A stretch of DNA of 64,000 nt from a virus. Positions 48,585 through 59,600 of the stretch are shown here, piece by piece. Position 1 is the stretch's first letter. Every line of letters begins with the position of its first letter. The DNA lies in IMG/VR virus record IMGVR_UViG_3300025012_000047, positions 35,171 through 99,170 of that record; one strand, given 5' to 3'. The notes beneath the pieces were generated by a model. The model saw only the letters and a list, made by a program, of their open reading frames with translations, was not told where the DNA came from and searched no databases. Position numbers and translations under genes: made by a program.

Positions 48585-49397
48585 ATGTCAATTTCAGAAT
48601 CCCTTATATTTAGTTTCAATAACCAACTATCAACTGATTATGGAGTAATAAACTGTCATGTCGATACAAATGGACTCTACTCAGAAGACTTTATTTCATC
48701 AATAGAACTAAAGGAAATAACAACACGCCGATCTCCTAAACCTTATTATGTTCAGAAAAAACCTTTGCCAAGAATATTGAACTTAACAATTGCATTCGAA
48801 AATTCTTTCGATGAAGATAAATTGCGTTCAGTTAGAAGATGGTTATCACAAGACGGATATAAACCAATGTCGTTTGATTCAATTCCCGATTATATATTTT
48901 ATTGCACTTTAATTGATAGTACACCATTATTACATTCTGGAAATATGGGTTATATAAACTGTATTTTTCGCTGTAGTGACCCATATAAATATTCTCCTCA
49001 ATACCTATCAGACATCTATGACCTATCATCCAACCCATCTTCCGGTACTACAATAATCTTCACTAATCTTGGAGATATTCCATGTCAACCACAAATTTCC
49101 CTACTTAAAGTAAATGACGGAGATATTTCTATTATAAACAATTCAGATTCAGGAAAAGAATTCAAACTATCCTCATTATTAGATTCTGATGGAGTAGAAA
49201 TCCCATCATCTTCTCTTAAAAATAATGAAGATTTATTCATTGATAGCGAAAATGAAGAAATAACATCATCTATTCCAGACACTTATCGTTTAAATAATCT
49301 TACAGGAGATTTTATTAGTTTGCCAAGAGGTGTAAATAACTTACAAATTTTTGGAACTTGTAAAATTCAATTCAGACATCAATTCAAAATGCATTAA
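48585..49397 (+). CDS. Distal tail protein (Dit)
   Basis: FSFNNQLSTDYGV..VRRWL..F.CSDPYKYS..FISLPRGVNNL; follows the tape measure gene. Confidence 0.82.
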   Translation: MSISESLIFSFNNQLSTDYGVINCHVDTNGLYSEDFISSIELKEITTRRSPKPYYVQKKPLPRILNLTIAFENSFDEDKLRSVRRWLSQDGYKPMSFDSIPDYIFYCTLIDSTPLLHSGNMGYINCIFRCSDPYKYSPQYLSDIYDLSSNPSSGTTIIFTNLGDIPCQPQISLLKVNDGDISIINNSDSGKEFKLSSLLDSDGVEIPSSSLKNNEDLFIDSENEEITSSIPDTYRLNNLTGDFISLPRGVNNLQIFGTCKIQFRHQFKMH

Positions 49398-49426
49398 ACA
49401 AAACTCTCAAGGAAGGATGAAAATAA

Positions 49427-52400
49427 ATGTTCCTAGATATAAACTTATCTCTTACTCCACAAAAACCAAAATTATATCTTTGCAAGCCAAACAAAACAAT
49501 TATAGCATCACTAAAAGAACATTATTCTGCCAATTTAAGAATGAATCTCACAACATTAAGCGAACTCACATTCAATCTACCATATCAAATAGAAAAAGAT
49601 CATGAGCAACAATATAATACTAATTGTGAAATGCTAAAAAACAGATATTTAATCAAATTAATTCTAGGTGATTATACATCATATTTCATAATAGATAATC
49701 CATCACCAAATGCTGATGATTCTACAGATTTTTTACAAGTAAATTGCTATTCATTAGAATATGAACTCAAAGACAAGAACATACGCAGTTTCATTGCGAA
49801 TGCTGTAAAATTATCAGAAATCATGAGTGGATATGATAGATCAGTTACAACAACTGTTGATGGAGTTTCTACTACAGTAGTAACACACTATGACGGAGTA
49901 TTAAAAGAAACACCTTGGATTCTTGGTTCTTATCCTGAAACTTTAGATTCAGTATATCGCTCATTTGAAGTTTCTGTAAAAACTAAATTAGATTTCATAT
50001 TAGAGATTGCAGAAAAATTTAATTTAATTGCTAAATTTGATTCAATTAATAGAAAAATAAATTTTTATACAATTAATGAATATGGTGTTTCTAAGGGATT
50101 TCGAATTACTGATATCAAGTACCTCCGTACAATCGTACAAAATATTGATAGTGAATTTTTCTGTACAAGATTAAAAGTCTACGGTAAAGATGGATTAACA
50201 ATAAATGAAATCAACCCTTCTGGTCAGTCATATATAGAAAATTATAGTACATTCCTTTTCCCGTTCCAAAGAAATGAAGAAACTAGAGAAGTTATTACAA
50301 GATCAGATTATATGTCTGATGAATTATGTCATAAACTTTTAGATTATCAAATTTTATTGTTGCAGAATAAAGATGGATTTGCAACATATTTAGCACAATT
50401 ATCTGCTCTTCAAATAGAGTTGACAGTTTTGATAAACGAGATGACTGTATTGACAGATGCAATGAAAATTATTGATGACAATATCGAAACTGCTAAAAAT
50501 AATGGACAAAGCACAACGACTTTAGTTTCTAGTAAAGTAGCACAACAATTGTTAATTGACGCAAAACAATCTGAAATAGATGCAAAAAATATTCAAATCA
50601 CAGACGTTCAAGCATTAATTGATGGGATTCAAACAACTTTAACATATGAAGGATTTTTCTCTGATACTCCTGAATTATTACTAGAACTTCAAACGTCATA
50701 CATGATAGACAAGGATTTCACGAATGGAAGCATCGGAAGTGTCACAGACCTTTATTTTGCAGGAATGGATGAAATGGAAATTAGGAAGACACCAAAAACA
50801 ATCGTTCAAATTAGTTTAGTTAATTTCTTAGAGATATTGGAAGAACAACGCAATTGGGGCAAAATTAATTTAGGTGATTCCATCTCTATAAAACATAAGC
50901 AATTAGGAATTGATATAACTGCTAAAATAATTGAAATCAATTTCGACTTCGAGAATGCAGATATACAATTAACAATTTCAAATGTAAAAACTGCATCTCA
51001 AAGATTGTCGGATTCTTTGTATCATGCAAGTTCATATGTAGACATTATTGACCTAAATAAGTTTAAATGGGATTCCTCCCTATCCACAGCTACAGAATAC
51101 GTTGATCAACAATTTGAAGAACTAAATGGTTCTCTCTTAAATCTAGAAATAGACCTTACAAGATTTGGAAGTGATGGTTGGATCACAGCCATAGAAGCAA
51201 AGTCTCTCAAGCTAACATTAGACAAATTAATTGCAGAATCATTAGATATTATAAATATTGCTACTCAACTTGAATTTCTTGATTTACCAGACATAAATGA
51301 AAAAACTAATTTCCAAGTTGCTCTAACTACTTTAGAAACATATCTAATTGATGAATGGATAGGTACTCCAGAAAATCCCAAAACTTATCCAATTGCTATT
51401 ATCAGTGATTCTAGTCCTGAAGATGAGAGAATAAAAATCCGAGATTTATTTCAAGATGTAGAAAATACAAAATCAATCCTCATAAATGCAATGGCAAAAG
51501 CTCGTCAAGATGACGGAAAAAGATATGTAGAATCTCAAATTGCAGAATTAAATACAGCATTAAGTGATTTTCAAATTCAAGTAAATATATATATCAATGC
51601 AAAAGAAATTACGGAAGAACAATCTAATGCATTAGAATTATTAAAAACAGCAGTACAAGATGAATCTGGTGATATTGTTGCAATTGCTGATGGATTACTT
51701 GCAATAATTGGTGATGACAATATATTATATGATCAATTAGATGATGCAAAAGATGATTATTTTAAGGTTGATAATAGTTCTGGTGCTATTGTAACTGCAT
51801 TAAATTCTGTAAATGATTGGCTAAATCAAGATTCATCAGATTATCCAATAACAATTAAACCATCAAAAGGAGTTGACATAAATAAAAAACTTAAAATAGC
51901 AGAAACTAAAAAAGATATATTGACTGCATTAATAACTCAAGTACAAATTGATAATGAATTAACTCTTGTAGATCAACAATTATTTGAAGTCAGTGTTGCA
52001 ATTACATCAATGCAAATGGATATAAAAACCTTTGCTAAAGATAATTATATTACATATGACGAATCTGTTTCACTAAAAGCGTCATTTGATAAAATATTGG
52101 CAGAAAGCGCAGACGTAGTTAAAATTGCTAATAGTTTAACGGTTTCAACTGATTTGATTAGTGCATATCAAAATTCTTTAACTGGAACAATAGTATCATG
52201 TGGTGTTGATGGATTACAAGTTGAGTTAAATAAATGGGTAGGATTGCCATTGGTAAATTATGCAGGAAAAGGATTAAAAATAACATCAAAACAAAGAACA
52301 GCATTTCTAAAGAAATTTGATCTAGTAATGAGCACAAAATTAGCATTAAGTAATGCAATAAATCTATTAACTGCTGAATATTCTATTGATGGAGAATTAT

Positions 52401-55282
52401 ATATTCGTGGAACAGGAGGTAATCAATCTAATAAAAGTAGAATATTTAAGATCAATAAAAAGAGTATTAGTGCTAGCGATGATTCTGGTACTGGTCTATT
52501 ACTTACAGTCATTAGCAGAGAAGATTTATCTGTGATAACTGAACATACTCATATTTATGACACGTATACTAATGATGGGGATAGAGATGCTTTAGCAACA
52601 AAATTAAATTCGCTAGATGATACTGTAATTGTTACCTTAACATCTAATAATTCAATTGGATGGAATCAAAATCTATTAAATGCAATGATTCGATGTGGGG
52701 GAACTGGTACTGATACAGGAACAGGTAGATTCCCTTTTGCTTTTGTGGGTATTCCTAAATTATTTAAAGGAACTGCATTAGAAGTATTTTATGACAGTGG
52801 TAAAAAAGCACCATATGCTGATATAAATACTAAAATAGTAGATGGAACTCCTCAAGGAATTGCTGTTGGGACTACATTAATTTCAGCAGAAGCAACTTTA
52901 GCAGTTCAAATAGCAAAAGCAAATAGAGATATAGTTATGGTAGATATTACAAAAGTAGCAAGTAATACAACTATTACATCAAAAGAAAAGAAAACAGTAA
53001 AAAGTTATTGGGATGCAATTGTAAGTGAAAAAAATACAGTAGAAATGCAAGCAGATTATTGGAATAATACTACTTATCCTACTATTGCTACACTTTTATC
53101 AAGTTATCAAACTGCTTATTCTAATTTAAGTTCATATATTAGTCCTATATTATCAAATTTAACTACAAGTTCAACAATTGTTGGTGCAACATTTATTAAT
53201 TATTTTACTTTATATTATACTAATAAAATTGCATTATTAAATGAAATAATGGTTATTGCAAGAGATTATGTAGGAGAATCAATATCAGGATTAGCAGAAG
53301 CAATTATTGCACTAGGATTAAAAATAACTAGTTCATTTAGTACATTTACAATTAGTGTAAGTGATTCTATTATCCTTGGAACTGATTTAGCTTTAGTAAT
53401 TGAAGAATCTAGACCATTGACTGATCTTGCTGCAAAAGTAGGATTAAGTGATATAAGTCCTAATGAAAAAACAAATTATCAAACTGCTTTAAATTCATTA
53501 CAAACTGAGTTAAATAATTGGATTAATTTGTCAGTACCTAAATCAATTACTGCACCACAAATTGGAGTTATTCAAACATTGTATGATAGTTTACAAACTA
53601 CAAAAACAGAACTCATAGCAAAAGTATCAACATTAGAAATTGATAATTCTAAACCAAATGCAATTATAGCAACATCTTTAAAATTATTTGCAGATACTTT
53701 ATATAATGCAGATAATACTAATTTTCAGAGTCAAAGTGCAGATAGTAAAATAGAGTGTTATTTTTATGGTTATGCTCCATTATTGACTAATCTTCCAAGT
53801 ATTGAATGGACTACAAATACAATTAAAGGTTATCATATAGGAGACTTATTTTATGATGTAATTGAAGGAGATGCATATAGATTTTCATATATATCAAGTG
53901 TTTATCAATGGGAATTAATTGATAATGTAGATGTAATAAAAGTATTATCAGATGCTTCAAAAGCGCAAGGATCACTAGATTCAGAATTAAGAATATTTGT
54001 AGGAACACCATCTCCACCTTATAATGTTCAAGATTTATGGAGACAAACTAATGGTGATTTTAAGATTTGTATAACTGAAAGATTGACAGGAAGTTATGTT
54101 GCTTCTGATTGGATTTATTATACTGAATATACTGATGATATTGCAGCAAATATTGCAAAAGCATTAGCGAATAAGGCAAAAACAGATGCTATTTTAGCAT
54201 TGGAAGAATTAAGTGATATTTCTGATGGAGGAAAAGTAACAAAAAGCGAAAAGACAAAATTAAAACCAATATGGGATACTATTGTTGTAGAAAAAATCAA
54301 TTATGATGCAACAGTATTATTGTATCCGTCAACAGAAATGACATCTTTTTACAATATATATGATAATGCTTATGATGCAGTTTATACTTATCTTTTTGTA
54401 ACAGTTCTTCCTAATAATACTAGTAATCCAACACCAATTTTAGTTGATTTAACAAAAACAACAAATATAGACAGAGAAGAATTTGATGATAAATTTAAAG
54501 ATTATTATGCATCGAGAGAAGATTTATCACAATTTATTGCAACATCCATTAAATTATATGCAGATACTAAAGCATCTTATATGCATATTGCCTATGCTTC
54601 TAATAGTACAGGAACAACTGGATTTAGTTTTAGCAGTGGGACATATATAGGTATTTATTCTGATAATATTCCAACTGCATCTATAGATCCAACAAAATAT
54701 ATATGGAGCAAAATTGTTGGAACAGATGGTATTCAGGGGCCAACAGGTGCAAATGGGTCTAGTTCATATTTGCATATTAAATATTCTAATGATGGAGGGG
54801 CAACGTTTACTGAAAATAGCGGAGAAACACCTGGTACTTATATAGGAACATATACGGATTTTTATTATCTAGATTCTTCATCTACTACTTCTTATACCTG
54901 GGCAAAAATACAAGATACTCAAGCAATGGATTTATTATCTGATTATTCAGATGATAGTAAACTTACTCCGTTCGAGAAAAAATTTATAAGTAAAGAGTGG
55001 GATATTATATTTTCTGAATATCCTCAGATTATAAATCAAACATTTTATACTGATGAAGGGTTCGATATAGCAATTGGTGGATCAGTAACATATGCATCTA
55101 ATTATTATACACCAGCATATAATGCATTAGCTAGTTATATAGCTACTCTTTCGTTATCTGTATTAAATACAACAACTATAGATAGAAATGATTTTAATAC
55201 CTATTTTCATGATTACTATGCTACTAAAGCTAGTTTGCTATATTTTATTAGTAATGGTGGAATAATGATATTGACAACATAA
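49427..55282 (+). CDS. Giant tail spike/Tal-type host-specificity protein
   Basis: N-terminal prophage-tail domain (SELTFNLP, TRLKVYGKDGL, INLGDSISI), repeated IT..E...L helical units, ILEI-like domain, and YxHIxY repeats with a short collagen stretch. Confidence 0.85.
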   Translation: MFLDINLSLTPQKPKLYLCKPNKTIIASLKEHYSANLRMNLTTLSELTFNLPYQIEKDHEQQYNTNCEMLKNRYLIKLILGDYTSYFIIDNPSPNADDSTDFLQVNCYSLEYELKDKNIRSFIANAVKLSEIMSGYDRSVTTTVDGVSTTVVTHYDGVLKETPWILGSYPETLDSVYRSFEVSVKTKLDFILEIAEKFNLIAKFDSINRKINFYTINEYGVSKGFRITDIKYLRTIVQNIDSEFFCTRLKVYGKDGLTINEINPSGQSYIENYSTFLFPFQRNEETREVITRSDYMSDELCHKLLDYQILLLQNKDGFATYLAQLSALQIELTVLINEMTVLTDAMKIIDDNIETAKNNGQSTTTLVSSKVAQQLLIDAKQSEIDAKNIQITDVQALIDGIQTTLTYEGFFSDTPELLLELQTSYMIDKDFTNGSIGSVTDLYFAGMDEMEIRKTPKTIVQISLVNFLEILEEQRNWGKINLGDSISIKHKQLGIDITAKIIEINFDFENADIQLTISNVKTASQRLSDSLYHASSYVDIIDLNKFKWDSSLSTATEYVDQQFEELNGSLLNLEIDLTRFGSDGWITAIEAKSLKLTLDKLIAESLDIINIATQLEFLDLPDINEKTNFQVALTTLETYLIDEWIGTPENPKTYPIAIISDSSPEDERIKIRDLFQDVENTKSILINAMAKARQDDGKRYVESQIAELNTALSDFQIQVNIYINAKEITEEQSNALELLKTAVQDESGDIVAIADGLLAIIGDDNILYDQLDDAKDDYFKVDNSSGAIVTALNSVNDWLNQDSSDYPITIKPSKGVDINKKLKIAETKKDILTALITQVQIDNELTLVDQQLFEVSVAITSMQMDIKTFAKDNYITYDESVSLKASFDKILAESADVVKIANSLTVSTDLISAYQNSLTGTIVSCGVDGLQVELNKWVGLPLVNYAGKGLKITSKQRTAFLKKFDLVMSTKLALSNAINLLTAEYSIDGELYIRGTGGNQSNKSRIFKINKKSISASDDSGTGLLLTVISREDLSVITEHTHIYDTYTNDGDRDALATKLNSLDDTVIVTLTSNNSIGWNQNLLNAMIRCGGTGTDTGTGRFPFAFVGIPKLFKGTALEVFYDSGKKAPYADINTKIVDGTPQGIAVGTTLISAEATLAVQIAKANRDIVMVDITKVASNTTITSKEKKTVKSYWDAIVSEKNTVEMQADYWNNTTYPTIATLLSSYQTAYSNLSSYISPILSNLTTSSTIVGATFINYFTLYYTNKIALLNEIMVIARDYVGESISGLAEAIIALGLKITSSFSTFTISVSDSIILGTDLALVIEESRPLTDLAAKVGLSDISPNEKTNYQTALNSLQTELNNWINLSVPKSITAPQIGVIQTLYDSLQTTKTELIAKVSTLEIDNSKPNAIIATSLKLFADTLYNADNTNFQSQSADSKIECYFYGYAPLLTNLPSIEWTTNTIKGYHIGDLFYDVIEGDAYRFSYISSVYQWELIDNVDVIKVLSDASKAQGSLDSELRIFVGTPSPPYNVQDLWRQTNGDFKICITERLTGSYVASDWIYYTEYTDDIAANIAKALANKAKTDAILALEELSDISDGGKVTKSEKTKLKPIWDTIVVEKINYDATVLLYPSTEMTSFYNIYDNAYDAVYTYLFVTVLPNNTSNPTPILVDLTKTTNIDREEFDDKFKDYYASREDLSQFIATSIKLYADTKASYMHIAYASNSTGTTGFSFSSGTYIGIYSDNIPTASIDPTKYIWSKIVGTDGIQGPTGANGSSSYLHIKYSNDGGATFTENSGETPGTYIGTYTDFYYLDSSSTTSYTWAKIQDTQAMDLLSDYSDDSKLTPFEKKFISKEWDIIFSEYPQIINQTFYTDEGFDIAIGGSVTYASNYYTPAYNALASYIATLSLSVLNTTTIDRNDFNTYFHDYYATKASLLYFISNGGIMILTT

Positions 55283-55483
55283 TAATTTTACAAAAAGAGG
55301 AGACTATTAATAATTCTCTTCTCTTTTTGTATTATTTTAATAAATCAATTCAATTAAATTTACTATAATTACCAATATAATTACTACAATTAATAAATAA
55401 AATATTTTTAGTACATTATAGTTGCAATTCTCTCTTTTTTGGTATATGATAATTACAATAATAATACAAAGGAGGGAATTAAT

Positions 55484-56452
55484 ATGAAAAAGTTTTCAAA
55501 ATCACTTATCACTATTGCGTTGTCTATGTCTCTATTGTCTGTAGTGGCACTTCCATCATTGGCTTCTGAGGTTGGTTTTAGTAAAATGGACAATATCTCT
55601 ATTGCAAAAAAAACACAAGTAATAAAACCATCAAAAATAACTCTAAACAAGAAAACTATATCAATAAATGTTGGATCGACAGAAACATTAATCCCTACTA
55701 TAACTCCTACTACAGCAACAAATCAATCAGTCACATGGAAATCAAGTAATAAATCAATTGCTACTGTAGATTCCGTAACAGGAGAAATCAAAGGAGTTAA
55801 AGTAGGAAAAGCAACTATTACTGTCACGACAGAAGATGGTAAAAAGACAGTAAAATGTATAGTAAATATATTGCCAAATATTTCTCCATCAATTACATTT
55901 AAAGACATTAATTTTGAAAATGCAATTAGAAAAAATCTAAACAAACCAACAGGTGATATTACTGAAACAGACGTACAGAAAATAACAAAATTATCTGTAC
56001 ACGAATTAAAATCAATAAAGGATATTAGTGGAATAGAATATTTTACTAATCTAATGGAATTTAGTTTAACTGATAGTTCAGTCAGTGATATTAGTTCATT
56101 ATCAAGTTTAACAAAATTAAAGAAATTATCTTTGCCAAATAATGAAATTACAGATATTACTCCATTAAAAGGATTGACAAATTTAATATTTCTTGATCTT
56201 AAAAATTCATCATTGGAATATATTGGGCAACATAAAAATCGTATTAACAATATTAGTGCATTATCTGGATTAAAGAATTTAAAAAATCTTTGTATTTCAT
56301 CAGATTATATTAAAGATTATAGTCCATTGGAAAGTTTGAGAGGGTTAAGAAGTATTTATTTAACAGGAATACCAATTAGTGATTATGACTATTATAGTAA
56401 AATTTTGAAGGATATATTGCCGAATTGTAATGTCTTGTTTGGGTTGATTTAG
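55484..56452 (+). CDS. Secreted Ig-like plus leucine-rich-repeat (internalin-like) protein, moron
   Basis: Signal peptide ending SLA; Big_2 VTWKSSNKSIATVD; LRRs ITDITPLKGLTNL; own promoter TTGCAA-N17-TATGAT. Confidence 0.85.
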   Translation: MKKFSKSLITIALSMSLLSVVALPSLASEVGFSKMDNISIAKKTQVIKPSKITLNKKTISINVGSTETLIPTITPTTATNQSVTWKSSNKSIATVDSVTGEIKGVKVGKATITVTTEDGKKTVKCIVNILPNISPSITFKDINFENAIRKNLNKPTGDITETDVQKITKLSVHELKSIKDISGIEYFTNLMEFSLTDSSVSDISSLSSLTKLKKLSLPNNEITDITPLKGLTNLIFLDLKNSSLEYIGQHKNRINNISALSGLKNLKNLCISSDYIKDYSPLESLRGLRSIYLTGIPISDYDYYSKILKDILPNCNVLFGLI

Positions 56453-56686
56453 GAGTTTTATGATGGAATTATAGTTATATTATATCAAAAGAAAAGAATC
56501 CATAGGAATATGGGTTCTTTTTGCATTAAAATTAATAAGTAATTTTCACAATAGTAGAGGTAAGTTATTAAAGATTAGCGAGATATTAATATTTATTAAA
56601 AATAAAAAACAAAAATAAATATATTGTAAAATTAGAGAGATATTTAGTTGTCTTTTTTTATATATTAAAAAGGAGGAAAATAAACA

Positions 56687-59600
56687 ATGGCTTTTGAATT
56701 TAATAACCCACTTTTGTATGAACTTCGCGAGGGTAGTGGCCTTGACCCATTTGTACCACTATCCACAACATCCGTAATTATAAGCAATAAAATAGTTTTA
56801 TCTGAATTGCCTAGTCCATTTGAGGGTGTGACAATATCTGGTTATGCAGAGTCTAAAATATCAAGTGGTTTAATAGCAACAACGTTCTATGTAAATTATT
56901 TAAATGGTATTGTGTCTTTCGCGAGTTCAGAAAATGGAAAAACTGTAACTGCTAATTTTAAAGGTAGAGGAATTATCCAAATACCTGCAGAAAGAATATA
57001 TAGTACAGATGGAAATGATGTAACACAAACTCTTCAAAATATGATAAATTCAGGTTCAGTAGCGATTGAATCTTTAGGAGGATTATCTACTGCAATTTCT
57101 ACTGCCCAAGCTTTAGAAACAGAATTAGATTCAGATATTGCTACGGGAAATATATTAAAATCAGATTTAGATTCTCAGTTTATTACTGCTGATGTTAAAA
57201 AAACGGCATTGGATTTATCTATTTCTAATTCTAATACTTCTAAAACAAATTTAGATGCGAGTATATCTACCTCTGGAGTATCGAAAACAGCACTCGATTC
57301 AAGTAATATAACAGCAAATGTTACAAAAAGTAATTTAGACAGTTCTAATACTACGGCTTTGGCAACTAAGGATTTATTAGATGGATCTAATGCTACAGCA
57401 CTGGGAACAAAAACAGCACTAGATTCAAGCAATACAACAGCTAATTCAACGAAAAGTAATTTAGATGGTTCAATTAGTTCAGCAACAATTATAAATGGAA
57501 CTTTAGATGGAACTATTTCAACCGCAAATATTTCAATAGGAGAATTAAATGAAACTAATGTAACTGCTCAAGCAAATGAAGATACTAGACAGTCTAATGA
57601 AGAAACAAGAATTGAACAAGAAGAAAATCGCCAATCTACATATTCATCTGGACATATAAATTTTAAAGGTGTTGTTACAGGAAAAACATCTCTTCCTGCA
57701 TCGAGTAATATTTTGGGGGATACCTATCAAGTTATTGATGATGCAATTACAGCTAATAATGCAATGTGGAGATATAATGGTACTATTTTTGAAAAATCAT
57801 ATGTTTTAGATTTAACTTTTGCAGGGGGATATGGAGCAAATAATAGTCAGGTTTTTACAGCAACAGAAAATCAAACGTTATTTACATTAACTGAATTTCC
57901 TTATTTAATTGGTGTAAATCAATTAATGGTTTATATTACAGGAATTAAGCAAATTATTGGAGTAAATTATACTGAAACTAGTACAAATTCATTTACTTTA
58001 ACTAGTGGTGTTATTGTTGCAGGAACAAAAGTAGAAGCATTTAGAAGTGTTCCTGGTGGAGCTGGAAGTTTAACTACCCAAGAAGTAGAAAGTGCAAGAG
58101 TTAGTTCTTTAGGTGTTGGATATCCAAATTTAAAAGCTAGATTAGATGATCATGATAGTAATAAAGTAGGAGATTTGAATGGTTTGCCTACTGTAGCAAA
58201 GACAGATATTGTAAGTGCAGTTAATGAATTTTATGATGATGTTACGTCGTATCAGGCAAATTATGCGACAGTGAATGTAAGACAATTTGGTGCAGTTGGA
58301 GACGGATTATTGCTAGATGGCAGTATAAATCCATCTCCAACAGATGACACACAAGCCTTTATTGATGCTTTTGATTTTGTTACAAATAACCACTATACAT
58401 TAACTACTGACTATGGGAAAACATATATAGTTGATGGGGTTGTAGTAGATGGCAAAAGTAATTTTGGGTTTAATTCAAAAGGTATTTTGAAAAGACAAGA
58501 TAATCTTCCTGCAACAAATTCAGTCGTTACAACAACCAAAACATTAACATTTAAAAATTGCAGTAAGTTTAATATACCCCTAATTAACTTTGACGGAAAT
58601 GCATTAAATAATCATTGTGATCCTCTTGCCAACCCTTATGATGATTACACAACTTATTGCCCAGAGGTTCGTCATTCTTTTGTTTTAGAAAATTGTCGTG
58701 ACTTTAATATAGAAAAAATTACAGGCACTAATCCAAGTGGTGATTTATTGTTTATAACTGGTAATCAAACAGATAATTATCATATCGGTATCGTTGATGG
58801 TACTGCCACTGAAGCCATAGGTAGGAATGCGCTGTCTATTGTGGAGGGCAAAAATTTTATCATTGACACTATTAATTCTAACGGAATAGGACATTTTAAA
58901 ATGCCTGGGGGATTTGATATTGAACCTGAAGTTGGTCAATACGTAGAAAATGGATCAATAGGGAATGTAAATGTTAAGACAGGGGGTTACAGTGGACTTT
59001 CTATGGGTTGCAGATATGGTGGAGGAGAGCAGATAAAGAATGTTAAAATAGGGAGTGCTATTGTAAACAATAGTAATATTATTGAGTCTAGAATATGTCA
59101 GATCGTCGGTTCAACAGGGGTTCATATTGGATTATTGAAAATTAACGGAACGTCTATTTCTACAGCGTTAAATATTGGTTTTTCGTCTAGCCCACAACCC
59201 GTTTATGATTTCAACATTGATAAACTAGAAATTGACGGTTGCTTCATTGGCATTTTAGCCGATATATATCATGGTGGTTTTATAAAAGCTAATATTAAAA
59301 ATTGTCATGGCGAAATGTTTGTCCCATATGAAATGGAAAATGTTAAAGTTGACTTAACCGGAACTTTTCACGCAGATGCAACGATAGGATATTGTATGCG
59401 ACATGCCGCGACAGGAACATTGACAAAATGCCGAATAACAGGGGATTTAAGTAAAGACAGTGTAGGAACTAAGGGTACAAGATGCTTAACTGCAAACCGT
59501 AATGATAGTTCAGCTGTTGTTGATTGCGAATTGGTTGACCTAAATATGGAAGGGTGGACAACAGGTACAGACATATTAATAAGTCCAGAATACGATAAAA

